DNA of 64,000 nt from Octopus sinensis (taxonomy: Eukaryota). The position numbers were made by a program, and so were the translations under genes. The stretch is taken from the NCBI RefSeq assembly GCF_006345805.1, contig NC_042999.1:69254001-69318000 (forward strand), given 5' to 3'. Position 1 is the first letter of the stretch, and each line of letters begins with the position of its first letter. Under the pieces are notes generated by a model. It was not told the origin of the DNA, made no database searches, and worked only from the letters and a program-made list of their open reading frames with translations. This document shows positions 26,751 through 39,073 of this stretch, piece after piece.

Positions 26751-26779
26751 TATATATATATATATGTGACAAAGGCTAG
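23477..26779 (+). CDS. RTE LINE ORF: apurinic-like endonuclease plus reverse transcriptase; probably defective
   Basis: APE motifs (ACWNVKT, LSEVR, GDFNARVG, HLLDYV, TDHRLV) and RT motifs (NYRGITLL, QYGFR, FVDLTKAFDTV, GVKQGCVLAP, YLG). The catalytic FADD reads FAYD (25763-25765), there is a frameshift near 26470, and a TGA at 26596 in the native frame. Confidence 0.9.
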   Translation: METKPKESKQELKVACWNVKTMLDKADSNHPERRSALIAHELSRLNIDIAALSEVRFADEGSLKERGAGSTFFWSRKPSSGKRVLGVGLIVRNSITSKLETLPTGHSDRIISMRLPLESKQHLTLFSVYAPTLLADPADKNSFYSDLRRLLNNTPANDKVLILGDFNARVGKNSEAWKGVLGRHGIGGCNDNGHLLLEFCTEHQLDITNTIFQQKDRLKTTWMHPRSKHWHLLDYVLVRQRDLKDVLHTRVMLSAECHTDHRLVRCKLKLQFKPKPKKKGNPIKKLNVDSLCREEVKIKFQANLQQRLDESPCTDDTTPDTLCENLKSAILKTSMEVHGHTKKKNKDCFDENDKEIQELLARKRAAHQAHLAQPACLVKKTTFRRACSTLQQKLREMQNEWWDHLARRTQLCADLGDYRGFYEALKAVYGPTHLVQSPLRSSDGQDLLTDNTSILARWSKHFQSLFSANRTVQDAAILRIPQLPLKEELNEPPTLVETIEAIGQLKSRKAAGVNGIPPEIWKNGGPMLHDKLHDFLVCCWEQSKLLQDLYDAIIITLYKNKGEKSDCSNYRGITLLSIAGKVLARILLNRLVPTIAEENLPENQYGFRANRGTTDMVFVLRQLQVKYREQNRGLYATFVDLTKAFDTVSRTGIWLILERLGCPTKFLQMVIQLHENQRGQIRHNADLSEPFPISNGVKQGCVLAPTLFSIFFSMMIKHATEDMEDEDGVYVRYRLDGSLFNLRRLQALTNTQERLIRDLLFAYDAVLVAHTERALQRITSYFADASQLFGLEVSLKKTEVLHQPTPQEEYRPPHITICGTELKSIQQFTYLGCIISSDARIDKEIDNRLSKANSSFGRLYKRVWHNGGLKNKTKISVYRAVVLTTLLYGSETRITYRSHIRRLERFHQRCLRTILNIHWSDFITNIEVLERAEIPSIEATLLKYHLRWAGHVSRMENHRLPKIALFGELSTGHRVRGAPRKRYKDCLKKSLTACEINHQIAGQTWLRTVMSGATRSSTQSASLRNKKETHLKTRDARGRREPPLTPHRMLPSSVDTAHGPAFPISDLSVMSVHARDVDSLPDLRSRSRAMMIYIYICDKG

Positions 26780-26820
26780 AGGCCCACACATGTACCTTAG
26801 TTTTATCTACCAAATACTTC

Positions 26821-26882
26821 AGTTCACTGAAGGGATGGAAGCGGGGTACTATGACCTCTTCCCTGAAACAGCTGTAAAAAAC
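26821..26882 (+). ncRNA. Degenerate hammerhead-like motif with ACAGCTGT palindromic stem III
   Basis: agttca-CTGAAGg-gatggaag...cttccct-GAAA-cagctg-TA-aaaact; A9 altered. Confidence 0.45.
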
Positions 26883-28834
26883 TATTCTACTTTCTATGTT
26901 CTACGTTATATATTTTAATAATTACTGGTCTTTTTATATATGTAAAGCATAATCTGTTATACATGTATGTATATTATTATAATTGTTTTTTTTTTTTAAT
27001 AAGTAAATAGACATAATATAAAGTCTAAAATTTGATGAATACAACTTCTTGATCCCCTTCATTTTCTTTTTGACGTGTGTGTGTGTGTGTGTGTGTATGT
27101 GTGTGTGAGTGTGTGTGTGTGTGTCTGTGTGTGTATGTGTGTATGTATGAAGAGTTGGTGATCTTTGTTTTCTGTTTGTCTGTGTATTTATATGTTCGTT
27201 TGTTTATTTACTACACGTTTTTTAAAAATTATATATATATATATATACAGTAGTCTTTCACACATTTTCCCTCAGCCAAATTCACTCGGTAGGCATCAAT
27301 TGTTCCAGGCTATAGGAGAAGAATCCGAACCCGAAGTCAAATGAAATATCCAAAAAGAATTTGTTAAACTTGAAATATCATCAATATTCATTGAAAATTT
27401 ATAGAATTTAGTATTCGGAAAGGAAAAGGCAAAAAATAGCAATTAATTTCTTTTCTTTATTTTATCGATCGTTTTCTTAAAATTGAAGCAAGATGGAAAT
27501 TTATAAATAAAGAAGTGGAAAATAAAAGAAAACGAAATAATGTGAAACTTTACAAAAGAAAATACATTTTAAAATAACAGAATCTCAATTTGTAGATGAA
27601 AAAGTTATCTCCCCTCCATAAGGGAAGCAACTCTCAGTTGTGAGATGGAGTAAAATAATTTAAAGTTTGTTATGTTTTGGTGAATTGTTTTGTTGGGGAG
27701 ACGGGAATCTTAAGTTTAGGTTGGGTTTAAGCAGGGGTTCAGATATATGTTGGTGTGGTGTATATATTTGCACTTTAAAATAGAGATTAATGCCGAGATA
27801 TGTGTCTGTCAGCATATCTCGGTTTCAATAAAGTTTTACTAATAACGTATATATTTGAACTTTGATAGCACGAATGCTCTGATATGTGTCAATGTATATA
27901 TTTGGATGTTAACTTGGGTTAATTGTCAGATATATGTCAGTGTCTGTATATTAAAATAAGACAAATATTTAAAATAACCAGCAGTTCAAAATAATTGTTT
28001 CAATGAAGTCATTTTTAACTCAAACAGAACGTCCAACGGCAGTCTGCGGCAAAGAAACCTCCCATATTTTACACGATCATTGTTATGATCCTAGCGAAGT
28101 TAGACGGCTGATAATGGTGTCTTCATGTAGTTAATGCTTTACCATTCTTTCGTTTTAATTATTTTCAAATTGTTTCTCAATGTATATTTGGTTTTCAAAC
28201 GTTTATGAAGAACGGTAAATGGAAAAGGATTTTCGCCACACCCTATATTACATTATTTGGGTCAACATTCAAATTTGACACAAATTTAGGTGACATAAAT
28301 TAGAGAATATTTTGTGTAATTACTCTATTTTCATTATTCTCCTATGTTAGGGCGGCGAGCTAACAAAATCATCAACGCTGAAGGCTTAGAAACATGTCGT
28401 TCATCTCAATGTTCTGAGTTCAAATTCCACCAAGATCTACTTTACTTTTCATCCTTTTGGGGCCGATTAAATAAGTACCAGTTGAACACTGAGCGCAATA
28501 AAGACAACTTCCACTCTCCTCTGAAATTTCGAGCTTTGTATCTATGGTAGAAAGGTTTATTTTCCTATGTAGTGGAAGCACAATTGAATATTTGGCCTTT
28601 AATGTAGTTTATTGAGAACAAGTCATTTCAGTATACCACCCACCTCTCCCTCTCTCTGTCCTCATTCAAGATACACCTATTGGAAGATTTAAGCTGCTCA
28701 CACATCAATTGTGTAGTACTCCCACTGTTTACAGTGTTGAAGTTTACCAAAGATGGAGAATTATATCATTATTTTGATATGACCCTTCAGGGAGCAAGCT
28801 ACCACTTTAATTCCTCCAAGTCTCTTTCTTTCGT

Positions 28835-28866
<32 letters not shown>

Positions 28867-29933
28867 GATGGGCTTCTTTCAGTTTCCATCTACCAAAATC
28901 ACTCTCAAGGTTTTGGTCAGCTTGAGGTTATAGTAGAAGACATTTGCTCAAGATGCCATACAATAGGAATGAAGCTGGAACCATGAGGTTGGGAAACAAG
29001 CCTTTTACCACACACTCATACCTGTAAAAACAATTTAACCTCAAAAAGTATTCCTCATTATTTTACTCAACTCTTTTAGTAGAATTGAAATCAACAGGGA
29101 CCTTTTAGTTCTGATTTGCTTATCTTTGTTTTATGACTACAAGTTTCAATATAAGTCACAGATCAATAATTCAAATTTATGACAAAATGTCCTTAAAATC
29201 TATGCAGCTGTGGTTCAAAATATTTAGATATTGTTAAATAAATTTTGAATTAAAATAAATAAGGTTGTAGTCAAACTTCACACGATAGTCATTCCCTTTT
29301 ATAATTTTTCACTGAAAGAAAAAACATCTCACAGCAATAAACAGTGGGAGCATGACAAAACTGATGTGTGTTTTGTCAATTTGAATACTACGCTGAAATC
29401 CATTCATGGTTATAACTTGGAGCTTAAAAAAAAATTCATTATTAAGCATTATTCATGCTATCTGAAGAGGAGACCTTCAACAGTGCCTCTAATTTTTAGC
29501 ATTATGAAACACGACACCATTGGCAAGAAAATAAATAAAATATTTATATTTTTGCTGTTGTTGTCATTTTGCTAATAAGAATTGTGGAAAGGGATTAGTA
29601 TATGATTGAGATAACCAGAATAAACCCAATGTTTAAAAAATCAACGAGGAAGAAGAACCAAAAAATGAAATGGAGATTAAATACTTCAAGTGATGGAATT
29701 TGAAAATGGGGGTGGGGGATAATGTCATTATACTAAGTCTTAACAACAATTAACTAACATGTTGTGAAAGCAGTGGATTAAATCAGATTAAAATGGAACC
29801 TTCTAGGCATTTAGACATCTCACGTTGACAACTACACAAATAGATTTAGTTTACTTCCAGGAATTATCTAACATTGAATAAAGAGGCTATGCTTACACAC
29901 ACATATTCATATATGTGCATGTATATTTATATA

Positions 29934-30302
29934 TCGTGGCACTCCGGCGGTTACGATGACAAGGGTTCCAGTTGATCCAATCAACGAAACAGCTTGCTCA
30001 TGAAATTAACGTGCATGTGGCTGAGCACTCTACAGACACGTGTACCCTTAATGTAGTTCTCAGGGAGATTCAGCGTGACATGGTATGTGACAAGGCTGGC
30101 CCTTTGACATACAGGTACAACAGAAACAGGAAGAAAGAGTGAGAGAAAGTTGTAGTGAAAGAGTACAGCAGAGTTTGCCACCACTCCCTGCCGGAGCCTC
30201 GTGGAGCTTTAGGTGTTTCCGCTCTATAAACACTCATGAAGCCCAGTTTGGGAATCAAACCGCAATCCTACAACCGCGGGTCTGTTGTGCCATTGTGCCT
30301 CC
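29934..30302 (-). mobile_element. SINE family D (tRNA-like head at the right end)
   Basis: Shares ccagttgatccgatcaacggaacagcctgctcgtgaaattaacgtg with 14308-14622 and 56365-56660; related plus-strand heads at about 11975-12250 and 37285-37510. Confidence 0.82.
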
Positions 30303-30326
30303 ATGTATATTTATATCTATGGATGG

Positions 30327-30382
<56 letters not shown>

Positions 30383-30396
30383 TGTATTTATATAAA

Positions 30397-30451
<55 letters not shown>

Positions 30452-30480
30452 CATACATATATATATATATATGTTTATAC

Positions 30481-30637
30481 TTTATTAAAAGCAACAGAAA
30501 TATCACAAAAGCTGTTACTCAGAGTTTCATGTTCCCGTTCGTCAGACAATTTTGTTTAGATTCTAACAAAACTGTGCGACAACGGAATGTGAACTCTGAG
30601 TAACAGTTTTTTTGATATTTCTGCTGCTTTTAATAAA
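30481..30637. repeat. Fold-back hairpin (arms about 76 bp) made of two inverted hammerhead-bearing units
   Basis: tttattaaaagcaacagaaatatc... / ...gatatttctgctgcttttaataaa with a very short loop. Confidence 0.9.
30508..30553 (-). ncRNA. Minimal type I hammerhead ribozyme motif, core intact
   Basis: Minus strand reads aaaattgt-CTGACGA-acgggaacat-GAAA-ctctgag-TA-acagcttt. All core nucleotides are present, stem I pairs at 7 of 8 positions, and stem III is near-palindromic. Confidence 0.75.
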
Positions 30638-30709
30638 GCATATTATTCTACCTCTAGTAATTGCGTACTCTTTTTTTCCACCTGTTTCACATTTATGTGC
30701 TTACTCCAG

Positions 30710-31074
30710 TATATATATTTATATATATATATAGTTTTATATATATATATATATAATATATATAATATATAAGTTTTTATATCTATATATATATATATAT
30801 AAACATATATATATATAATATATATATATATATGTTTTATATATCTTCTATATATATATTTTTATATATATATATTAGTATATATATCTATATTAATATA
30901 TATATTAATATATGTTTTATATATATATATTATATATAGTTTTTATATATATATATAATGTATATATGTTTTAGATATATATAGATATAATGTTAATATA
31001 TGTTTTATATATATATATATATATGTATATATGTTTTATATATAGATATATATATATGTTTATATATATATATA

Positions 31075-31119
<45 letters not shown>

Positions 31120-31345
31120 CTATGGTTTATATATCGATATATATATATATATGTTATATAGATATATATAAGTTTTGTTATTATATTAATATATAATGTT
31201 TTATATATATATATATATATATGTTATATATATATATATATATAATGTTTTATATATATATCTATATATATATGTATATTGTTTTATATATATATAATAT
31301 ATAGTTTTATATATAATATTATATATATATATATATAATCTATAT

Positions 31346-31390
<45 letters not shown>

Positions 31391-31690
31391 TGTTTTATAT
31401 ATATAATTATATGTTGTTTTATATATATAGATTTATAATAATATATATATATATATATATATATGTTTTATATATATATATATATATATGTTTTATTATA
31501 TATATATTTATAGATATAGATATATATTATTATATATATCTATGTTTTTATATATATATTATATATTGTTTATATATATATATATATATTATAGATATAT
31601 GTGTGTATATATATATAATATATATGTTTTTATATATATATATATATTAATATATATATGTTTTTATATATATATCTATATATATATATA

Positions 31691-31723
<33 letters not shown>

Positions 31724-31927
31724 TATGTTTTATAATAGATATATATATATATATATATGTTTTATATATTATTATAGATATATGTTTTATATATCTATAT
31801 ATATAATATATATATGTTTTACTATATATTATATATATAAGTGTTATATAGATGTTTTAAATATATTATTATATATGTCCTATATATGTTTTATTATATA
31901 TATATAATATCTGTTATATATATGTTT

Positions 31928-31960
<33 letters not shown>

Positions 31961-31992
31961 GTTTTATATATTATAATATCTAGTATCTCTAA

Positions 31993-32041
<49 letters not shown>

Positions 32042-32107
32042 ATTATGTAGATATATATGTTTTATATATATATATATATTCTATATGTTTTAGATCTATA
32101 TATTATA

Positions 32108-32142
<35 letters not shown>

Positions 32143-32307
32143 ATATATGTTTTATATATTATATAATATATATATATATATTATATGTTTTTAATATATT
32201 ATTATCTATATATATATATATGTTTATATATATATATATATTATATATATATATATATCTATATGTTTTATATATATATATATATAATATATATTATATA
32301 GTTTTAT

Positions 32308-32343
<36 letters not shown>

Positions 32344-32758
32344 GTTTTTTATATATTATATATTGTTTTATATATATATATATGTTTTGAGATTAATATA
32401 TATATGTGGTTTTATATATATATATATATAATATGGTTTTATATATATATATATATATGTTTTTATATATATATATATAATATATATATATATGTTTATA
32501 TATATATAGAATTATATATATATATATATATATAGATATATATATATATGTTTTATATATATAGATATATAATATATATGTTTTTTATATATATGTTTTT
32601 ATATATCTATTATGTTTTATATATTATAATATATATATATATATAATATATGGGTTTTATATATATATATATATAAATTCTATGTTTTATATATACATAT
32701 ATATATAATGTTTTAATATATATATATATTATATTATATATATACATATATATATCTA

Positions 32759-32795
<37 letters not shown>

Positions 32796-33116
32796 ATATA
32801 TATATATGTTTTTATATATAGATAGATATATATATATGGTATATATATTATATACATATTATATTGTTATAGATATATATATAATATATATATATATACA
32901 TATATATATATGTTTTATATATATATTATATATATATATATACATATACTATATGTTTTATATATTTATATATATATATTAATATATACTATATATATAT
33001 GTTTTATATATATAGATATATATATATATCTATATATCATATATATATTGTTATATAGATTGTTATATATATATATATTATATATATATATACAATAATA
33101 TATATAATTTTTTCTA

Positions 33117-33147
<31 letters not shown>

Positions 33148-35082
33148 GTTTTATATATAGATATAATAATATATATATATTTATATATATATATACATAT
33201 TATATATTATACATATATATATATGTTTTATATATAAGATATATAATATATATACATATATATATAGTTTTATATATATAATATAGATATATAATGTTTT
33301 ATATATATATAATATATATATATGTTTTTATATATTATATATATATATATATATATGTTTTAATATAATAATAATATATATATATACATATATATATATG
33401 TTTTCTATATATATATTATATATATAATATACAATACATATATCTATGTTTTATTATATATATAATATATATATATCTACATATATATATATGTTTTATA
33501 TAGATATTATATATATTATATACATATATATAATGTTCTTATATATATATTATATAATACCTATATATATATGTTTTATATATATATATATATATTATAT
33601 ATCTATATACATCTAGATATGTTTTATATATAATATATATAATATATATATATATATATATTCTATCTGTTTTCTATATATATATATATCTATATGTTTT
33701 CTATCTATCTATATATATATAATGTTGTTATATATATATCTATATATCTATATATATTATAGTTTTTATATATATATATATGTTTTTATATATTACTATA
33801 TATATCTATATATTGTTTTATATATTAGCTATATAGATGTTTTATATATAATATATATATGTTTTCATATATATAATATATCTTGATCATATCTGTGTTT
33901 TGATCTATTTATTATATATATACATATCTTCTATGTTTTCTATATAGAGATCTATAGATATCTATATATATCTCTATATATATATATAATGTTTTATATA
34001 TATATATATATTTATACATATTATATATCTGTTTTCTATCTATATATCTCTATCTCATATCCTCCTCTAGATATGTTTTATCTATCTCTAATTTATTAGA
34101 TATATAGATCATATATATCTGTTTTTCTATCTATACCTTTAATCTATGTGTATATCATATATATATATTAGATATATGTTTTTATATATATATATCTCTT
34201 CTATATATCTATACTCTATATATATATATATATCTGTTTTATATAATATATATATTCTAGAGGTTTTAGTATATATTCTATCTATCTATTAGTTATCCTA
34301 TATATCTCTATATATATATATATATGTTTTTATATATATATATATATATTATATATGTTTTATATATAATAATAGCTTAAATATATCTTTTTATATATAT
34401 AATATTCTTATATTTGTTTTATCCTATATAGAATAGACTATATAATATGTTTTTTATATCTATATATATCTATATATAGATCTATATATCACTATATAGA
34501 GTATCATATATCATATATATATATATATATATAGATATATATCTATATTTTTATATATAATATATTATAATGTTTTTATATCTAGATATATCTATATATA
34601 ATTATATGGTTTATATATATATCATTATATATAGGTTTTAGATAGATATAGATATTATATATATATTGTTTTATATATCTATATATATATCCTATATATA
34701 TATGTTTTATATATATTCTCTATATATATATAGATAGATGTTTATAGAATATTATATATATATCTATATCTAATATATTTTTTTATATATATATATGTTT
34801 TATATCTAGTATATATATCTGATATATATTTTATTTTATATTATAGTTTTTATATATAATATATTATCTATAATATATATATATATGTTTTATATATATA
34901 TATGTTTTCTCTATAGATATATATTAGAGTATTATTATGTTTTATATATATATCATATATATATACTATAGCTGTTTTAATATAGATATAGATATTATAA
35001 TAGATATGTTTTATAGATATATATATATATATATATATATTATGTTTTTGATATATATATTATATAGATATATATATATATG
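30710..35082. repeat. 4.4-kb degenerate (TA)n-GTTTT satellite
   Basis: Almost pure T/A with a gtttt anchor roughly every 20-45 bp. Confidence 0.95.
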
Positions 35083-35084
35083 AT

Positions 35085-35370
35085 TGCCAGCGCCGCTTTG
35101 ACTGGCTTCCGTGCTGGTGGCACATAAAATACACCAATCCGACCGTGGCCGTTGCCAGCCTCGCCTGGCACCTGTGCAGGTGGCACGTAAAAAGCACCCA
35201 CTACACTCACGGAGTGTTTGGTGTTCGGAAGGGCATCCAGCTGTAGAAACATTGCCAGATAAGACTGGAGCCTGGTGCAGCCTTCTAGCTTCCCAGATCC
35301 CCAGTCGAACCGTCCAACCCATGCTAGCATGGAGAACGGACGTTAAACGATGATGATGATGATGATGATA
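35085..35370 (+). mobile_element. SINE-like family C, well-preserved copy
   Basis: ...ggtggcacgtaaaaagcacccactacac...catgctagcatggagaacggacgttaaac(gat)n. Confidence 0.88.
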
Positions 35371-36105
35371 TATATATATATAAATATATATATATATATG
35401 TGTGTGTGTGTATATATGTGTTTGTGTGTGTGTGTGTATGTATGTAATCTGTTTATATTTTGCAAAGGGGAGTGACTGGTGTGACTCAGTGGATTCTTAT
35501 GTTATGATTCCTTCCTTTGAGACTCATTTGAATCAGATTCGCTCTTAAGTTTAGAGTCAAACCATGCAGTATACTAGTGTCTTGTAAATTACTTCACACA
35601 AGATGTCAAGTTAACCCTCCAACTTCTCCTATTGTATTTCAGGTAGGTCATTATGCCAATAATAAACTTGTGGTCTTCTTTTATCATTATTAATCAACTG
35701 GTTAAATAATTAACCAGTTGATTAATTAAATTGTTTAATTGATTGTTCAGTTAATCAATCAGTTAAGTTGGTTTGTCAAAGTCCTTTCATTGTCACCATT
35801 TGTGACTGCATTGATGACATTCTCTCTTTACTGCAGGTCTGGTCAGCTAATTTACTTAACAATTAATTAAACAATTAACTGGTTAAATAGTCAATCAATT
35901 AATCATTAAAAATAAAGTAAGGAAGTGAATCAGAACCGGTGTGTGTGTTTAATTATCAGCATAATGATCCTCCCATGATGCAACAAAATATTTTAATTTC
36001 CTTTTGTATAATAGATAATTTAATTTAGGTTTTGCTTCTTTAATTTAGTTTCATTTCAAAGAATAAATATTTTGAAAAGCAAACTTTTAATTAATTAATC
36101 TTAAA

Positions 36106-36317
36106 GGCGGAGAGCTGGCAGAATCGTTAGCATGCCAGGCAAAATGCTTAGCAGTACTTTGTCTGCCTTTACATTCTGAGTTCAAATTCTGCCGAGGCCA
36201 ACTTTGCCTTTCATCCTTTTAGAGTCAATAAATTAAGTACCAGTCGCATACTGGGGTTGATCTAATCGACTGGCCCCCTCCCCCCAAATTTCGAGCCCTG
36301 TGCCTAGAGTAGAAAAC
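36106..36317 (+). mobile_element. SINE family B, full copy with 17-bp TSD
   Basis: TSD aattaattaatcttaaa at 36089-36105 and 36318-36334; B box gagttcaaattc. Confidence 0.92.
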
Positions 36318-36429
36318 AATTAATTAATCTTAAAAACAAATCACTTAATGAACAGACCAGATATTTTCTGACAAGTTTTGCAGATTTGGTTTTTTCTCAT
36401 ATACTTCATCTTTTATCTTTTCTATCTTT

Positions 36430-36795
36430 TATTTGTTTCAGTTATTTGACTGTAGTCGTGCTGGGGCACTTCCTTGAATGAATCAACACCAGTATTTATA
36501 TTCTCTTTAAGCCTGGTATTTATTCTATCAGTCTCTTTTGCTGAACTTCTAAGTTATGAGAATGTAAACACACCAACACTGGTTGCCAAGCAGTGATGGG
36601 AGACAAATACACACACACATACACAGATGACAGGCTTCTTTCAGTTTCCGTCTACCAAAAATCCACTCTCAAGGCTTTTGTCAGCCTAAGGCTATGATAG
36701 AAGACACTTGTCCAAGGTGCCATGCAATAGATCTGAACCTGGAACCACATGGTTGAAAAGCAAACTTCTTACCACACAGCCATGCCTGTATCTAC
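36430..36795 (-). mobile_element. SINE family A, full copy
   Basis: Reverse complement of the 8165-8560 type. Confidence 0.87.
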
Positions 36796-38202
36796 TTGGG
36801 TAGAATCTTCCCCCCATAAATATACAAGACTCTCCACCCATTCCACCCCAGCAGAAATATGGCAATTCCTATCAAATCTTATTTATTCTTTAGATTTTCA
36901 TTTCTGTAAACGATAGAGGTGCAAGGCCTTGTGATTGTTGAGCTCACAGCCATGGGTTCTGTGGTCATGAAAAAAAACCACTTCATATTTTTTTTTGTTA
37001 CCTCAGTCTATTCAGTTGCAACAGGGTACCAACCTGATGGCTGGTAGAGTCTTCTTCCCCCCCCCTCCAGTTTCATATTTTTCATATTCCACAGAGGACT
37101 GAGAAGATGGCAATGGATAAAAGAACATCACCAGAATTAAGCCATGCAGAATTAGGACTAAAATGCTGAACATCTAAGACTGGTTGTGGCAGCAGATTCT
37201 TCTAATGCTGCTTAGTAGATAAAATACAGGGTTTTTTTTAGTGATGAGCAAAAGAAAAAAAAGAGAGAGAAAAGAGAATCATTTCTTTTGAGGAGGCCTA
37301 CAACTTAGTAGTTAGGGTGTTGGATGCATAATCAGCAGATTGTGGTTTCAAATCCTGGACTGAGCAATGCGTTGAGTTCTTGGACACTTCAATTTTGATG
37401 TTATTCCAGTCTCCTCAGCTGGCAAAAATGATTATTCGTGCAAGAGACCAGTGTCCCATCCAGGAGGAAATACATGCACCATTGGAAACCAGGAAACTAG
37501 CCCTACGAATCTATATAACTTAAAAAGGGTCTTTATCCAACTTTTATCCTAATTTTAGTGAAAAAATATTCTAGTCAAAGAATCACTACAGCACTGTATT
37601 TTATCAACTTGCAGAACTTTGGTAAATTATGAAATTAGAAATGGAACAAAGCAAATTCTGTTAAGCAAAGATTCTTAAAAATTTTGGACATGTTTCTCTC
37701 CTGTCGGAGTACAAAAATATTGCATGCTCTTGCAGTTTGTCTCCCACCCCACCATTTTCCCTCCCTGGAAGAGTACAAAAAAAAAAAAAAGAAGTTTTTA
37801 TAGTTCATTCACCAAAAGGTGTAAAGATAAATTTGTTAAGTCTTGGAATAACTGAAAAACAAAATAATGACCTCTCAGAAGTTTCAAAGGGGTTGGGTAG
37901 TCTGAGTCACTACACACTGGTTTTGGTTGCTGTTTTTCTCTCTGGTCATCATTTAATATTTTCCATACAGGCATGGGTCGGATGGTTCAGTGTGAGCTGG
38001 TGAATTGGACAAAACTACATCATGTTCCAATATCTGTTTTAGTATGGTTTCTAAAGTTCAATACATTTCCTTCACCAACCTCTTCACAGAGTGTAACGGG
38101 TACTTTAACAATTATATAAAGATCATGTAACCATAAGTCAAGTTTATCTTTAACCCTTTAGTTACCATATTACTATTGAAATCCTCTGCTTTTGTTTTTG
38201 TT

Positions 38203-38540
38203 TCATCATCATCATCATCGTTTAACGTCTGTTTTCCATGCTAGCATGGGTTGGATGGTTCGACCGGGGTCTGGGAAGCCAGGAGGCTGCACCAGGCTCC
38301 AGTCTGATCTGGCAGTTTCTACAGCTGGATGCCCTTCCTAATGCCAACCACTCCGTGAGTGTAGTGGGTGCTTTTTACGTGCCAGGGGAGGCTGGCAACG
38401 GCCACAATCGGTTGGTGCTTTTTATGTGCCACCAGCATGGCAGCCAGTCAAGACAGCACTGGCATCGACCACGTATGGATGGTGCTTTTTACATGCCACC
38501 GGCACAGGTGCCAGGGGAGGCTGGCAATGGCCAGGAGGCT
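38203..38540 (-). mobile_element. SINE-like family C copy
   Basis: (cat)n cgtttaacgtc... reverse complement of 35085-35370. Confidence 0.86.
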
Positions 38541-38749
38541 GCAATTTTCAAAATGATGAAGAATTTAATAATGCAACTTTGTCGTTATTAAGTTGGTGTT
38601 TTGAAGATAAATTATCATAAAATTTTTTTTGTGAAAAGTTTTAAATTTATATCACTTTAAAATGGAGTATGTAACATAGGATCGAGGGTGATCTTGCGTA
38701 GGTTGGTACCAAAAGATTTTTTCTCTTCTTGTTTTAGAAAAAAATGTTC

Positions 38750-38807
38750 AATTCAACTTGTCTTGCCTGGCCAATATTAATATTGGCCAGGCAAGACAAG
38801 TTGAATT
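38750..38807. repeat. Perfect 58-bp spacerless palindrome
   Basis: aattcaacttgtcttgcctggccaatatt|aatattggccaggcaagacaagttgaatt. Confidence 0.97.
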
Positions 38808-39073
38808 AGGAGAAATTTCAGCTTCTTTAAACTTTAGTCATAATTTTCTGTTATTATTGTAGAATTCTATAATTCTGGTTTCATTTAGAATGCATCATAA
38901 GAATTTCAGTTGATCCCAGAATGATGCCAACCAAAATGTAACAATTTCTTAATCCACTGGACAGAACACCAATTTATTTTAAGTGACTTATCAAAACAGA
39001 GCACCTTTTCAAACTCCATCTATCTAACACCCGTGGACATGTTTACAAAGTCAGAAAACAGCACAGCTCCCAT

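Noticed and set aside
30236-33098. Numerous IYIY/CVCV ORFs (also 18012-18469 and 53422-55016)
   Set aside because: Translations of stop-free TA/CA/TG microsatellites; not genes.
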